From the NCBI GenBank assembly GCA_964016885.1, contig OZ024744.1, positions 133,796,001 to 133,860,000 of the forward strand: 64,000 bases of DNA, written 5' to 3'. The stretch comes from Eledone cirrhosa. Its lineage: Eukaryota. The notes beneath the pieces were generated by a model. The model ran no database searches, was not told the origin of the DNA, and was given only the letters and a program-made list of their open reading frames with translations. Shown in pieces: positions 1 to 12,700 of the stretch. The translations under genes were made by a program, and so were the position numbers. Numbering within the stretch: the first letter of the stretch is position 1; each line of letters starts with the position of its first letter.

Positions 1-3000
1 TAAGTTAAGTTGGGGTTAATTTAAGTTGGGGTTAATTAAGTTGGGGTTAAGTTAAGTTGGGGTTAAGTTAAGTTGGGGTTAATTTAAGTTGGGGTTGAGT
101 TAAGTTGGGGTTAAGTTAATTTGGGGTTATATTAAGTTGGGGTTAAGTTAAGTTGGGGTTCAGTTAAGTTGGGGATAAGTTAAGTTGGGGTTAAGTTAAG
201 TTGGGGTTAAGTTAAGGTGGGGTTAAGTTAAGTTGGTGTTGAGTTAAGTTGGGGCTAAGTTAAGTTGGGGCTGAGTTAAGTTGGGGCTGAGTTAAGTTGG
301 GGTTAAGTTAAGTTGGGGTCAAGTTAAGTTGGGGTTACGTTGGGGTTAAGTTAAGTTGGGGTTAAGTTAAGTTGGGGTTAAGTTAATTTGTGGTTAAGTT
401 AAGTTGGGGTTAAGTTAAGTTGGGGTTAAGTTAAGTTGGGGTTAAGTTAAGTCGGGGTTAAGTTAAGTTGGGGTTAAGTTAAGTTGGGGTTAAGTTAAGT
501 TGGGGTTGAGTTAAGTTGGGGTTGAGTTAAATTGGGGTTGAGTTAAGTTGGGGTTGAGTTAAGTTGGTGTTGAGTTAAGTTGGGGTTAAGTTAAGTTGGG
601 GTTAAGTTAAGTTGCAGTTAAGTTAAGTTGAGGTTAAGTTAAGGTGGGGTTAAGTTAAGTCGGGGTTAAGTTAAGTTGTGGTTGAGTTAAGTTGGGGTTA
701 ATTTAAGTTGGGGCTAAGTTAATTTGTGGTTAAGTTAATTTGGGGTTAAGTTAAGTTGGGGTTGAGTTAAGTTGGGGTTGAGTTAATTTGGGGTTAAGTT
801 AAGTTGGGGTTAATTTAAGTTGGGTTTAAGTTAATTTGGGCTTAAATTAAGTTGGGGTTAAATTAAGTTGGGGTTAAGTTAAGTTGGGGGTAAGTTAAGT
901 TGGGGGCAAGTTAAGTTGGGGTTAATTTAAGTTGGGGTTAAATTAAGTTGGGGTTACGTTAAGTTGGTGTTAAGTTAAGTTGGGGTTAATTTAAGTTGGG
1001 GTTAATTAAGTTGGGGTTAAGTTAAGTTGGGGTTAAGTTAAGTTGGGGTTAATTTAAGTTGGGGTTGAGTTAAGTTGGGGTTAAGTTAAGTTGGGGTTAT
1101 ATTAAGTTGGGGTTAAGTTAAGTTGGGGTTCAGTTAAGTTGGGGATAGGTTAAGTTGGGGTTAAGTTAAGTTGGGGCTAAGTTAAGTTGGGGCTGAGTTA
1201 AGTTGGGGCTGAGTTAAGTTGGGGTTAAGTTAAGTTGGGGTTGAGTTAAGTTGGGGTTAAGTTAAGTTGGGGTCAAGTTAAGTTGGGGTGAAGTTGGGGT
1301 TAAGTTAAGTTAGGTTTAAGTTAAGTTGGGGTTAAGTTAAGTTGGGGTTAAGTTAAGTTGGGGTTAAGTTAAGTTGGGGTTAAGTTAAGTTGGGGTTAAG
1401 TTAATTTGTGGTTAAGTTAAGTTGGGGTTAAGTTAAGTTGGGGTTAAATTAAGTTGGGGTTAAGTTAAGTTGGGGTTAAGTTAAGTTGGGGTTAAGTTAA
1501 GTTGGGGATAAGTTAAGTTGGGGATAATTTAAGTTGGGGTTAAGTTAAGTTGGGTTTAAGTTAAGTTGGGGTTAAGTTAAGTTGGGGATAAGTTAAGTTG
1601 GGGTTAAGTTAAGTTGGGGTTAAGTTAAGTTGAGGCTAAGTTAAGTTGGGGCTGAGTTAAGTTGGGGTTAAGTTAAGTTGGGGTTAAGTTAAGTTGGGGT
1701 TAATTTAAGTTGGGGTTTATTTAAGTTGGGGTTACGTTAAGTTGGTGTTAAGTTAAGTTGGGGTTAATTTAAGTTGGGGTTAATTAAGTTGGGGTTAAGT
1801 TAAGTTGGGGTTAAGTTAAGATGGGGTTAATTTAAGTTGGGATTGATTTAAGTTGGGGTTAAGTTAAGTTGGGGTTAAGTTAAGTTGGTGTTAAGTTAAG
1901 TTGTGGCTAAGTTAAGTTGGGGCTGAGTTAAGTTGGGGCTGAGTTAAGTTGGGGTTAAGTTAAGTTGGGGTTGAGTTAAGTTGGGGTTAAGTTAAGTTGG
2001 GGTCAAGTTAAGTCGGGGTTAAGTTGGGGTTAAGTTAAGTTAGGGTTAAGTTAAGTTGGGGTTAAGTTAAGTTGGGGTTAAGTTAAGTTGGGGTTAAGTT
2101 AAGTTGGGGTTAAGTTAAGTTGGGGTTAATTTAAGTTGGGGTTAAGTTAAGTTGGGGTTAAGTTAAGTTGGGGTTAAGTTAAGATGGGGTTAAGTTAAGT
2201 TGGGGTTAAGTTAAGTTGAGGTTAAGTTAAGTTGGGGTTAAATTAAGTTGGGGTTAAGTTAAGTTGGGGTTAAGTTAAGTTGGGGTTAAGTTAAGTTGAG
2301 GATAAGTTAAGTTGGGGATAATTTAAGTTGGGGTTAAGTTAAGTTGGGTTTAAGTTAAGTTGGGGTTAAGTTAAGTTGGGGTTAAGTTAAGTTGGGGTTA
2401 AGTTAAGTTGGGGTTAAGTTAAGTTGGGGCTAAGTTAAGTTGGGGCTGAGTTAAGTTGGGGTTAAGTTAAGCTGGGGTTAAGTTAAGTTGGGGTTAAGTT
2501 AAGTTGGGGTTTATTTAAGTTGGGGTTAAATTAAGTTGGGGTTCAGTTAAGTTGGGGTTAAGATAAGTTGGGGTTAAGATGGGGTTAAATTAAGTTGGGG
2601 TTAAGTTAAGTTGGGGTTAAGTTAAGTTGGGGTTAAGTTAAGTTGGGGTTAAGTTAAGTCGGGGTTAAGTTAAGTCGGGGTTAAGTTAAGTTAGGGTTCA
2701 GTTAAGTTGGGGTTAAGTTAAGTTGGGGTTGAGTTAAGTTGGGGTTGAGTTAAATTGGGGTTGAGTTAAGTTGGGGTTGAGTTAAGTTGGTTTTGAGTTA
2801 AGTTGGGGTTAAGTTAAGTTGGGGTTAAGTTAAGTTGCAGTTAAGTTAAGTTGAGGTTAAGTTAAGGTGCGGTTAAGTTAAGTTGGGGTTAAGTTAAGTT
2901 GGGGCTAAGTTAAGTTGGGGCTAAGTTAAGTTGGGGCTAAGTTAAGTTGGGGTTAAGTTAAGTCGGGGTTAAGTTAAGTTGGGGTTAAGTTAAGTTGAGG

Positions 3001-6000
3001 TTAATTTAATTTGGGGTTAAGTTAAGTTGGGGTTAAGTTAAGTTGGGGCTAAGTTAAGTTGGGGTTAAGTTAAGTTGGGTTTAAGTTAAGTTGGGGTTAA
3101 GTTAAGTTGGGGTCAAGTTAAGTTGGGGTTAAGTTAAGTTGGTTAGTTAAGTTGAGTTTAAGTTAAGTTGGGGTTAATTTAAGTTGGGGTTAAGTTAAGT
3201 TGGGGTTAAGTTAAGTTGGGGTTAAGTTAAGTTGGGGTTAAGTTAAGTTGGGGTTAAGTTAAGTCGGGGTTAATTTAAGTCGGGGTTAAGTTAAGTTAGG
3301 GTTCAGTTAAGTTGGGGTTAAGTTAAGTTGGGGTTGAGTTAAGTTGGGGTTGAGTTAAATTGGCGTTGAGTTAAGTTGCGGTTGAGTTAAGTTGGTGTTG
3401 AGTTAAGTTGGGGTTAAGTTAAGTTGGGGTTAAGTTAAGTTGCAGTTAAGTTAAGTTGAGGTTAAGTTAAGGTGGGGTTAAGTTAAGTCGGGGTTAAGTT
3501 AAGTTGTGGTTGAGTTAAGTTGGGGTTAATTTAAGTTGGGGCTAAGTTAATTTGTGGTTAAGTTAAGTTGGGGTTAAGTTAAGTTGGGGTTAAGTTAAGT
3601 TGGGGTTGAGTTAAGTTGGGGTTGAGTTAATTTGGGGTTAAGTTAAGTTGGGGTTAAGTTAAGTTGGGTTTAAGTTAAGTTGGGGTTAAATTAAGTTGGG
3701 GTTAAATTAAGGTGGGGTTAAGTTAAGTTGGGGGTAAGTTAAGTTGGGGGCAAGTTAAGTTGGGGTTAATTTAAGTTGGGGTTAAATTAAGTTGGGGTTA
3801 CGTTAAGTTGGTGTTAAGTTAAGTTGGGGTTAATTTAAGTTGGGGTTAATTAAGTTGGGGTTGAGTTAAGTTGGGGTTAAGTTAAGTTGGGGTTAATTTA
3901 AGTTGGGGTTGAGTTAAGTTGGAGTTCAGTTAAGTTGGGGATAAGTTAAGTTGGGGTTAAGTTAAGTTGGGGTTAAGTTAAGTTGGGGTTAAGTTAAGTT
4001 GGTGTTAAGTTAAGTTGGGGCTAAGTTAAGTTGGGGCTGAGTTAAGTTGGGGCTGAGTTAAGTTGGGGTTAAGTTAAGTTGTGGTTGAGTTAAGTTGGGG
4101 TTAAGTTAAGTTGGGGTCAAGTTAAGTTGGGGTTAAGTTGGGGTTAAGTTAAGTTAGGTTTAAGTTAAGTTGGGGTTAAGTTAAGTTGGGGTTAAGTTAA
4201 GTTGGGGTTAAGTTAAGTTGGGGTTAAGTTAAGTTGGGGTTAAGTTAATTTGTGGTTAAGTTAAGTTGGGGTTAAGTTAAGTTGGGGTTAAGTTAAGTTG
4301 GGGTTAAGTTAAGTCGGGGTTAAGTTAAGTTGGGGTTAAGTTAAGTTGGGGTTAATTTAAGTTGGGGTTAAGTTAAGTTGGGGTTAAGTTAAGTTGGGGT
4401 TAAGTTAAGTTGGGGTTAAGTTAAGTTGAGGTTAAGTTAAGTTGGGGTTAAATTAAGTTGGGGTTAAGTTAAGTTGGGGTTAAGTTAAGTTGGGGTTAAG
4501 TTAAGTTGGGGTTGAGTTAAGTTGGGGTTGAGTTAATTTGGGGTTAAGTTAAGTTGGGGTTAAGTTAAGTTGGGTTTAAGTTAAGTTGGGGTTAAATTAA
4601 GTTGGGGTTAAATTAAGTTGGGGTTAAGTTAAGTTGGGGGTAAGTTAATTTGGGGGCAAGTTAAGTTGGGGTTAATTTAAGTTGGGGTTAAATTAAGTTG
4701 GGGTTACGTTAAGTTGGTGTTAAGTTAAGTTGGGGTTAATTTAAGTTGGGGTTAATTAAGTGGTGGTTATGTTAAGTTGGGGTTAAGTTAAGTTGGGGTT
4801 AATTTAAATTGGGGTTAAGTTAACTTTGTGGTTAAGTTAAGTTAGGGTTAAGTTAAGTTGGGGTTAAGTTGGGGTTGAGTTAAGTTGGGGTTGAGTGAAG
4901 TTGGGGTTAAGTTAAGTTGGGGTTAAGTTTAGTCGGGGTTAAGTTAAGTTGTGGTTGATTTAAGTTGGGGTTAATTTAAGTTGGGGCTAAGTTAATTTGT
5001 GGTTAAGTTAAGTTGGGGTTAAGTTAAGTTGGGGTTAAGTTAAGTTGGGGTTGAGTTAAGTTGGGGTTGAGTTAATTTGGGGTTAAGTTAAGTTGGGGTT
5101 AAGTTAAGTTGGGTTTAAGTTAAGTTGGGGTTAAATTAAGTTGGGGTTAAATTAAGTTGGGGTTAAGTTAAGTTGGGGGTAAGTTAATTTGGGGGCAAGT
5201 TAAGTTGGGGTTAATTTAAGTTGGGGTTAAATTAAGTTGGGGTTACGTTAAGTTGGTGTTAAGTTAAGTTGGGGTTAATTTAAGTTGGGGTTAATTAAGT
5301 TGGGGTTAAGTTAAGTTGGGGTTAAGTTAAGTTGGGGTTAATTTAAGTTGGGGTTGAGTTAAGTTGGGGTTAAGTTAATTTGGGGTTATATTAAGTTGGG
5401 GTTAAGTTAAGTTGGGGTTCAGTTAAGTTGGGGATAAGTTAAGTTGGGGTTAAGTTAAGTTGGGGTTAAGTTAAGGTGGGGTTAAGTTAAGTTGGTGTTG
5501 AGTTAAGTTGGGGCTAAGTTAAGTTGGGGCTGAGTTAAGTTGGGGCTGAGTTAAGTTGGGGTTAAGTTAAGTTGGGGTCAAGTTAAGTTGGGGTTACGTT
5601 GGGGTTAAGTTAAGTTGGGGTTAAGTTAAGTTGGGGTTAAGTTAATTTGTGGTTAAGTTAAGTTGGGGTTAAGTTAAGTTGGGGTTAAGTTAAGTTGGGG
5701 TTAAGTTAAGTCGGGGTTAAGTTAAGTTGGGGTTAAGTTAAGTTGGGGTTAAGTTAAGTTGGGGTTGAGTTAAGTTGGGGTTGAGTTAAATTGGGGTTGA
5801 GTTAAGTTGGGGTTGAGTTAAGTTGGTGTTGAGTTAAGTTGGGGTTAAGTTAAGTTGGGGTTAAGTTAAGTTGCAGTTAAGTTAAGTTGAGGTTAAGTTA
5901 AGGTGGGGTTAAGTTAAGTCGGGGTTAAGTTAAGTTGTGGTTGAGTTAAGTTGGGGTTAATTTAAGTTGGGGCTAAGTTAATTTGTGGTTAAGTTAATTT

Positions 6001-9000
6001 GGGGTTAAGTTAAGTTGGGGTTGAGTTAAGTTGGGGTTGAGTTAATTTGGGGTTAAGTTAAGTTGGGGTTAATTTAAGTTGGGTTTAAGTTAATTTGGGC
6101 TTAAATTAAGTTGGGGTTAAATTAAGTTGGGGTTAAGTTAAGTTGGGGGTAAGTTAAGTTGGGGGCAAGTTAAGTTGGGGTTAATTTAAGTTGGGGTTAA
6201 ATTAAGTTGGGGTTACGTTAAGTTGGTGTTAAGTTAAGTTGGGGTTAATTTAAGTTGGGGTTAATTAAGTTGGGGTTAAGTTAAGTTGGGGTTAAGTTAA
6301 GTTGGGGTTAATTTAAGTTGGGGTTGAGTTAAGTTGGGGTTAAGTTAAGTTGGGGTTATATTAAGTTGGGGTTAAGTTAAGTTGGGGTTCAGTTAAGTTG
6401 GGGATAGGTTAAGTTGGGGTTAAGTTAAGTTGGGGCTAAGTTAAGTTGGGGCTGAGTTAAGTTGGGGCTGAGTTAAGTTGGGGTTAAGTTAAGTTGGGGT
6501 TGAGTTAAGTTGGGGTTAAGTTAAGTTGGGGTCAAGTTAAGTTGGGGTGAAGTTGGGGTTAAGTTAAGTTAGGTTTAAGTTAAGTTGGGGTTAAGTTAAG
6601 TTGGGGTTAAGTTAAGTTGGGGTTAAGTTAAGTTGGGGTTAAGTTAAGTTGGGGTTAAGTTAATTTGTGGTTAAGTTAAGTTGGGGTTAAGTTAAGTTGG
6701 GGTTAAATTAAGTTGGGGTTAAGTTAAGTTGGGGTTAAGTTAAGTTGGGGTTAAGTTAAGTTGGGGATAAGTTAAGTTGGGGATAATTTAAGTTGGGGTT
6801 AAGTTAAGTTGGGTTTAAGTTAAGTTGGGGTTAAGTTAAGTTGGGGATAAGTTAAGTTGGGGTTAAGTTAAGTTGGGGTTAAGTTAAGTTGAGGCTAAGT
6901 TAAGTTGGGGCTGAGTTAAGTTGGGGTTAAGTTAAGTTGGGGTTAAGTTAAGTTGGGGTTAATTTAAGTTGGGGTTTATTTAAGTTGGGGTTACGTTAAG
7001 TTGGTGTTAAGTTAAGTTGGGGTTAATTTAAGTTGGGGTTAATTAAGTTGGGGTTAAGTTAAGTTGGGGTTAAGTTAAGATGGGGTTAATTTAAGTTGGG
7101 ATTGATTTAAGTTGGGGTTAAGTTAAGTTGGGGTTAAGTTAAGTTGGTGTTAAGTTAAGTTGTGGCTAAGTTAAGTTGGGGCTGAGTTAAGTTGGGGCTG
7201 AGTTAAGTTGGGGTTAAGTTAAGTTGGGGTTGAGTTAAGTTGGGGTTAAGTTAAGTTGGGGTCAAGTTAAGTCGGGGTTAAGTTGGGGTTAAGTTAAGTT
7301 AGGGTTAAGTTAAGTTGGGGTTAAGTTAAGTTGGGGTTAAGTTAAGTTGGGGTTAAGTTAAGTTGGGGTTAAGTTAAGTTGGGGTTAATTTAAGTTGGGG
7401 TTAAGTTAAGTTGGGGTTAAGTTAAGTTGGGGTTAAGTTAAGATGGGGTTAAGTTAAGTTGGGGTTAAGTTAAGTTGAGGTTAAGTTAAGTTGGGGTTAA
7501 ATTAAGTTGGGGTTAAGTTAAGTTGGGGTTAAGTTAAGTTGGGGTTAAGTTAAGTTGAGGATAAGTTAAGTTGGGGATAATTTAAGTTGGGGTTAAGTTA
7601 AGTTGGGTTTAAGTTAAGTTGGGGTTAAGTTAAGTTGGGGTTAAGTTAAGTTGGGGTTAAGTTAAGTTGGGGTTAAGTTAAGTTGGGGCTAAGTTAAGTT
7701 GGGGCTGAGTTAAGTTGGGGTTAAGTTAAGCTGGGGTTAAGTTAAGTTGGGGTTAAGTTAAGTTGGGGTTTATTTAAGTTGGGGTTAAATTAAGTTGGGG
7801 TTCAGTTAAGTTGGGGTTAAGATAAGTTGGGGTTAAGATGGGGTTAAATTAAGTTGGGGTTAAGTTAAGTTGGGGTTAAGTTAAGTTGGGGTTAAGTTAA
7901 GTTGGGGTTAAGTTAAGTCGGGGTTAAGTTAAGTCGGGGTTAAGTTAAGTTAGGGTTCAGTTAAGTTGGGGTTAAGTTAAGTTGGGGTTGAGTTAAGTTG
8001 GGGTTGAGTTAAATTGGGGTTGAGTTAAGTTGGGGTTGAGTTAAGTTGGTTTTGAGTTAAGTTGGGGTTAAGTTAAGTTGGGGTTAAGTTAAGTTGCAGT
8101 TAAGTTAAGTTGAGGTTAAGTTAAGGTGCGGTTAAGTTAAGTTGGGGTTAAGTTAAGTTGGGGCTAAGTTAAGTTGGGGCTAAGTTAAGTTGGGGCTAAG
8201 TTAAGTTGGGGTTAAGTTAAGTCGGGGTTAAGTTAAGTTGGGGTTAAGTTAAGTTGAGGTTAATTTAATTTGGGGTTAAGTTAAGTTGGGGTTAAGTTAA
8301 GTTGGGGCTAAGTTAAGTTGGGGTTAAGTTAAGTTGGGTTTAAGTTAAGTTGGGGTTAAGTTAAGTTGGGGTCAAGTTAAGTTGGGGTTAAGTTAAGTTG
8401 GTTAGTTAAGTTGAGTTTAAGTTAAGTTGGGGTTAATTTAAGTTGGGGTTAAGTTAAGTTGGGGTTAAGTTAAGTTGGGGTTAAGTTAAGTTGGGGTTAA
8501 GTTAAGTTGGGGTTAAGTTAAGTCGGGGTTAATTTAAGTCGGGGTTAAGTTAAGTTAGGGTTCAGTTAAGTTGGGGTTAAGTTAAGTTGGGGTTGAGTTA
8601 AGTTGGGGTTGAGTTAAATTGGCGTTGAGTTAAGTTGCGGTTGAGTTAAGTTGGTGTTGAGTTAAGTTGGGGTTAAGTTAAGTTGGGGTTAAGTTAAGTT
8701 GCAGTTAAGTTAAGTTGAGGTTAAGTTAAGGTGGGGTTAAGTTAAGTCGGGGTTAAGTTAAGTTGTGGTTGAGTTAAGTTGGGGTTAATTTAAGTTGGGG
8801 CTAAGTTAATTTGTGGTTAAGTTAAGTTGGGGTTAAGTTAAGTTGGGGTTAAGTTAAGTTGGGGTTGAGTTAAGTTGGGGTTGAGTTAATTTGGGGTTAA
8901 GTTAAGTTGGGGTTAAGTTAAGTTGGGTTTAAGTTAAGTTGGGGTTAAATTAAGTTGGGGTTAAATTAAGGTGGGGTTAAGTTAAGTTGGGGGTAAGTTA

Positions 9001-9770
9001 AGTTGGGGGCAAGTTAAGTTGGGGTTAATTTAAGTTGGGGTTAAATTAAGTTGGGGTTACGTTAAGTTGGTGTTAAGTTAAGTTGGGGTTAATTTAAGTT
9101 GGGGTTAATTAAGTTGGGGTTGAGTTAAGTTGGGGTTAAGTTAAGTTGGGGTTAATTTAAGTTGGGGTTGAGTTAAGTTGGAGTTCAGTTAAGTTGGGGA
9201 TAAGTTAAGTTGGGGTTAAGTTAAGTTGGGGTTAAGTTAAGTTGGGGTTAAGTTAAGTTGGTGTTAAGTTAAGTTGGGGCTAAGTTAAGTTGGGGCTGAG
9301 TTAAGTTGGGGCTGAGTTAAGTTGGGGTTAAGTTAAGTTGTGGTTGAGTTAAGTTGGGGTTAAGTTAAGTTGGGGTCAAGTTAAGTTGGGGTTAAGTTGG
9401 GGTTAAGTTAAGTTAGGTTTAAGTTAAGTTGGGGTTAAGTTAAGTTGGGGTTAAGTTAAGTTGGGGTTAAGTTAAGTTGGGGTTAAGTTAAGTTGGGGTT
9501 AAGTTAATTTGTGGTTAAGTTAAGTTGGGGTTAAGTTAAGTTGGGGTTAAGTTAAGTTGGGGTTAAGTTAAGTCGGGGTTAAGTTAAGTTGGGGTTAAGT
9601 TAAGTTGGGGTTAATTTAAGTTGGGGTTAAGTTAAGTTGGGGTTAAGTTAAGTTGGGGTTAAGTTAAGTTGGGGTTAAGTTAAGTTGAGGTTAAGTTAAG
9701 TTGGGGTTAAATTAAGTTGGGGTTAAGTTAAGTTGGGGTTAAGTTAAGTTGGGGTTAAGTTAAGTTGGGG
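1..9770 (+). repeat. Direct duplication with 5,259-bp period (1-4511 matches 5260-9770)
   Basis: Rare markers at a constant offset of 5,259: TTACGTTGGGG C338/C5597, GGGGTGAAG 1290/6549, GATTGATTTA 1841/7100, TGGCG 3364/8623, TTGAGG 4429/9688. The match ends at 4512 vs 9771. Confidence 0.9.
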
Positions 9771-12700
9771 ATAAGTTAAGTTGGGGATAATTTAAGTTGG
9801 GGTTAAGTTAAGTTGGGTTTAAGTTAAGTTGGGGATAAGTTAAGTTGGGGATAAGTTAAGTTGGGGTTAAGTTAAGTTGGGGTTAAGTTAAGTTGGGGTT
9901 AAGTTAAGTTGGGGCTAAGTTAAGTTGGGGCTGAGTTAAGTTGGGGTTAAGTTAAGTTGGGGTTAAGTTAAGTTGGGGTTAATTTAAGTTGGGGTTTATT
10001 TAAGTTGGGGTTACGTTAAATTGGTGTTAAGTTAAGTTGGGGTTAATTTAAGTTGGGGTTAATTAAGTTGGGGTTAAGTTAAGTTGGGGTTAATTTAAGT
10101 TGGGGTTAATTTAAGTTGGGGTTGAGTTAAGTTGGGGTTAAGTTAAGTTGGGGTTATATTAAGTTGGGGTTAAGTTAAGTTGGGGTTCAGTTAAGTTGGG
10201 GATAAGTTAAGTTGGGGTTAAGTTAAGTTGGGGTTAAGTTAAGTTGGGGTTAAGTTAAGTTGGTGTTAAGTTAAGTTGGGGCTAATTTAAGTTGGGGCTG
10301 AGTTAAGTTGGGGCTGAGTTAAGTTGGGCTTAAGTTAAGTTGGGGTCAAGTTAAGTTGGGGTTAAGTTGGGGTTAAGTTAAGTTAGGTTTAAGTTAAGTT
10401 GGGGTTAAGTTAAGTTGGGGTTAAGTTAAGTTGGGGTTAAATTAAGTTGGGGTTAAGTTAAGTTGGGGTTAAGTTAATTTGTGGTTAAGTTAAGTTGGGG
10501 TTAAGTTAAGTTGGGGTTAAGTTAAGTTGGGGTTAAGTTAAGTCGGGGTTAAGTTAAGTTGGGTTTAAGTTAAGTTGGGGTTAATTTAAGTTGGGGTTAA
10601 GTTAAGTTGGGGTCAAGTTAAGTTGGGGTTAAGTTGGGGTTAAGTTAAGTTAGGTTTAAGTTAAGTTGGGGTTAAGTTAAGTTGGGGTTAAGTTAAGTTG
10701 GGGTTAAGTTAAGTTGGGGTTAAGTTAATTTGTGGTTAAGTTAAGTTGGGGTTAAGTTAAGTTGGGCTTAAGTTAAGTTGGGGTTAAGTTAAGTCGGGGT
10801 TAAGTTAAGTTGGGGTTAAGTTAAGTTGGGGTTAATTTAAGTTGGGGTTTATTTAAGTTGGGGTTACGTTAAGTTGGTGTTAAGTTAAGTTGGGGTTAAT
10901 TTAAGTTGGGGTTAATTAAGTTGGGGTTAAGTTAAGTTGGGGTTAAGTTAAGATGGGGTTAATTTAAGTTGGGGTTGAGTTAAGTTGGGGTTAAGTTAAG
11001 TTGGGGTTATATTAAGTTGGGGTTAAGTTAAGTTGGGGTTCAGTTAAGTTGGGGATAAGTTAAGTTGGGGTTAAGTTAAGTTGGGGTTAAGTTAAGTTGG
11101 GGTTAAGTTAAGTTGGTGTTAAGTTAAGTTGTGGCTAAGTTAAGTTGGCGCTGAGTTAAGTTGGGGTTAAGTTAAGTTGGGGTTAAGTTAAGTTGGGATT
11201 AATTTAAGTTGGGGTTTATTTAAGTTGGGGTTACGTTAAGTTGGTGTTAAGTTAAGTTGGGGTTAATTTAAGTTGGGGTTAATTAAGTTGGGGTTAAGTT
11301 AAGTTGGGGTTAAGTTAAGATGGGGTTAATTTAAGTTGCGGTTGAGTTAAGTTGGGGTTATGTTAAGTTGGGGTTATATTAAGTTGGGGTTAAGTTAAGT
11401 TGGGGTTCAGTTAAGTTGGGGATAAGTTAAGTTGGGGTTAAGTTAAGTTGGGGCTAAGTTAAGTTGGGGCTGAGTTAAGTTGGGGCTGAGTTAAGTTGGG
11501 GTTAAGTTAAGTTGGGGTTGAGTTAAGTTGGGGTTAAGTTAAGTTGGGGTCAAGTTAAGTTGGGGTTAAGTTGGGGTTAAGTTAAGTTAGGTTTAAGTTA
11601 AGTTGGGGTTAAGTTAAGTTGGGGTTAAGTTAAGTTGGGGTTAAGTTAAGTTGGGGTTAAGTTAAGTTGGGGTTAAGTTAATTTGTGGTTAAGTTAAGTT
11701 GGGGTTAAGTTAAGTTGGGGTTAAGTTAAGTTGGGGTTAAATTAAGTTGGGGTTAAGTTAAGTTGGGGTTAAGTTAAGTTGGGGTTAAGTTAAGTTGGGG
11801 ATAAGTTAAGTTGGGGATAATTTAAGTTGGGGTTAAGTTAAGTTGGGTTTAAGTTAAGTTGGGGTTAAGTTAAGTTGGGGATAAGTTAAGTTGGGGTTAA
11901 GTTAAGTTGGGGTTAAGTTAAGTTGAGGCTAAGTTAAGTTGGGGCTGAGTTAAGTTGGGGTTAAGTTAAGTTGGGGTTAAGTTAAGTTGGGGTTAATTTA
12001 AGTTGGGGTTTATTTAAGTTGGGGTTACGTTAAGTTGGTGTTAAGTTAAGTTGGGGTTAATTTAAGTTGGGGTTAATTAAGTTGGGGTTAAGTTAAGTTG
12101 GGGTTAAGTTAAGATGGGGTTAATTTAAGTTGGGATTGAGTTAAGTTGGGGTTAAGTTAAGTTGGGGTTAAGTTAAGTTGGTGTTAAGTTAAGTTGTGGC
12201 TAAGTTAAGTTGGGGCTGAGTTAAGTTGGGGCTGAGTTAAGTTGGGGTTAAGTTAAGTTGGGGTTGAGTTAAGTTGGGGTTAAGTTAAGTTGGGGTCAAG
12301 TTAAGTCGGGGTTAAGTTGGGGTTAAGTTAAGTTAGGGTTAAGTTAAGTCGGGGTTAAGTTAAGTTGGGGTTAAGTTAAGTTGGGGTTAAGTTAAGTTGG
12401 GGTTAAGTTAAGTTGGGGTTAAGTTAATTTGTGGTTAAGTTAAGTTGGGGTTAAGTTAAGTTGGGGTTAAGTTAAGTTGGGGTTAAGTTAAGTCGGGGTT
12501 AAGTTAAGTTGGAGTTAAGTTAAGTTGGGGTTAATTTAAGTTGGGGTTAAGTTAAGTTGGGGTTAAGTTAAGTTGGGGTTAAGTTAAGATGGGGTTAAGT
12601 TAAGTTGGGGTTAAGTTAAGTTGAGGTTAAGTTAAGTTGGGGTTAAATTAAGTTGGGGTTAAGTTAAGTTGGGGTTAAGTTAAGTTGGGGTTAAGTTAAG

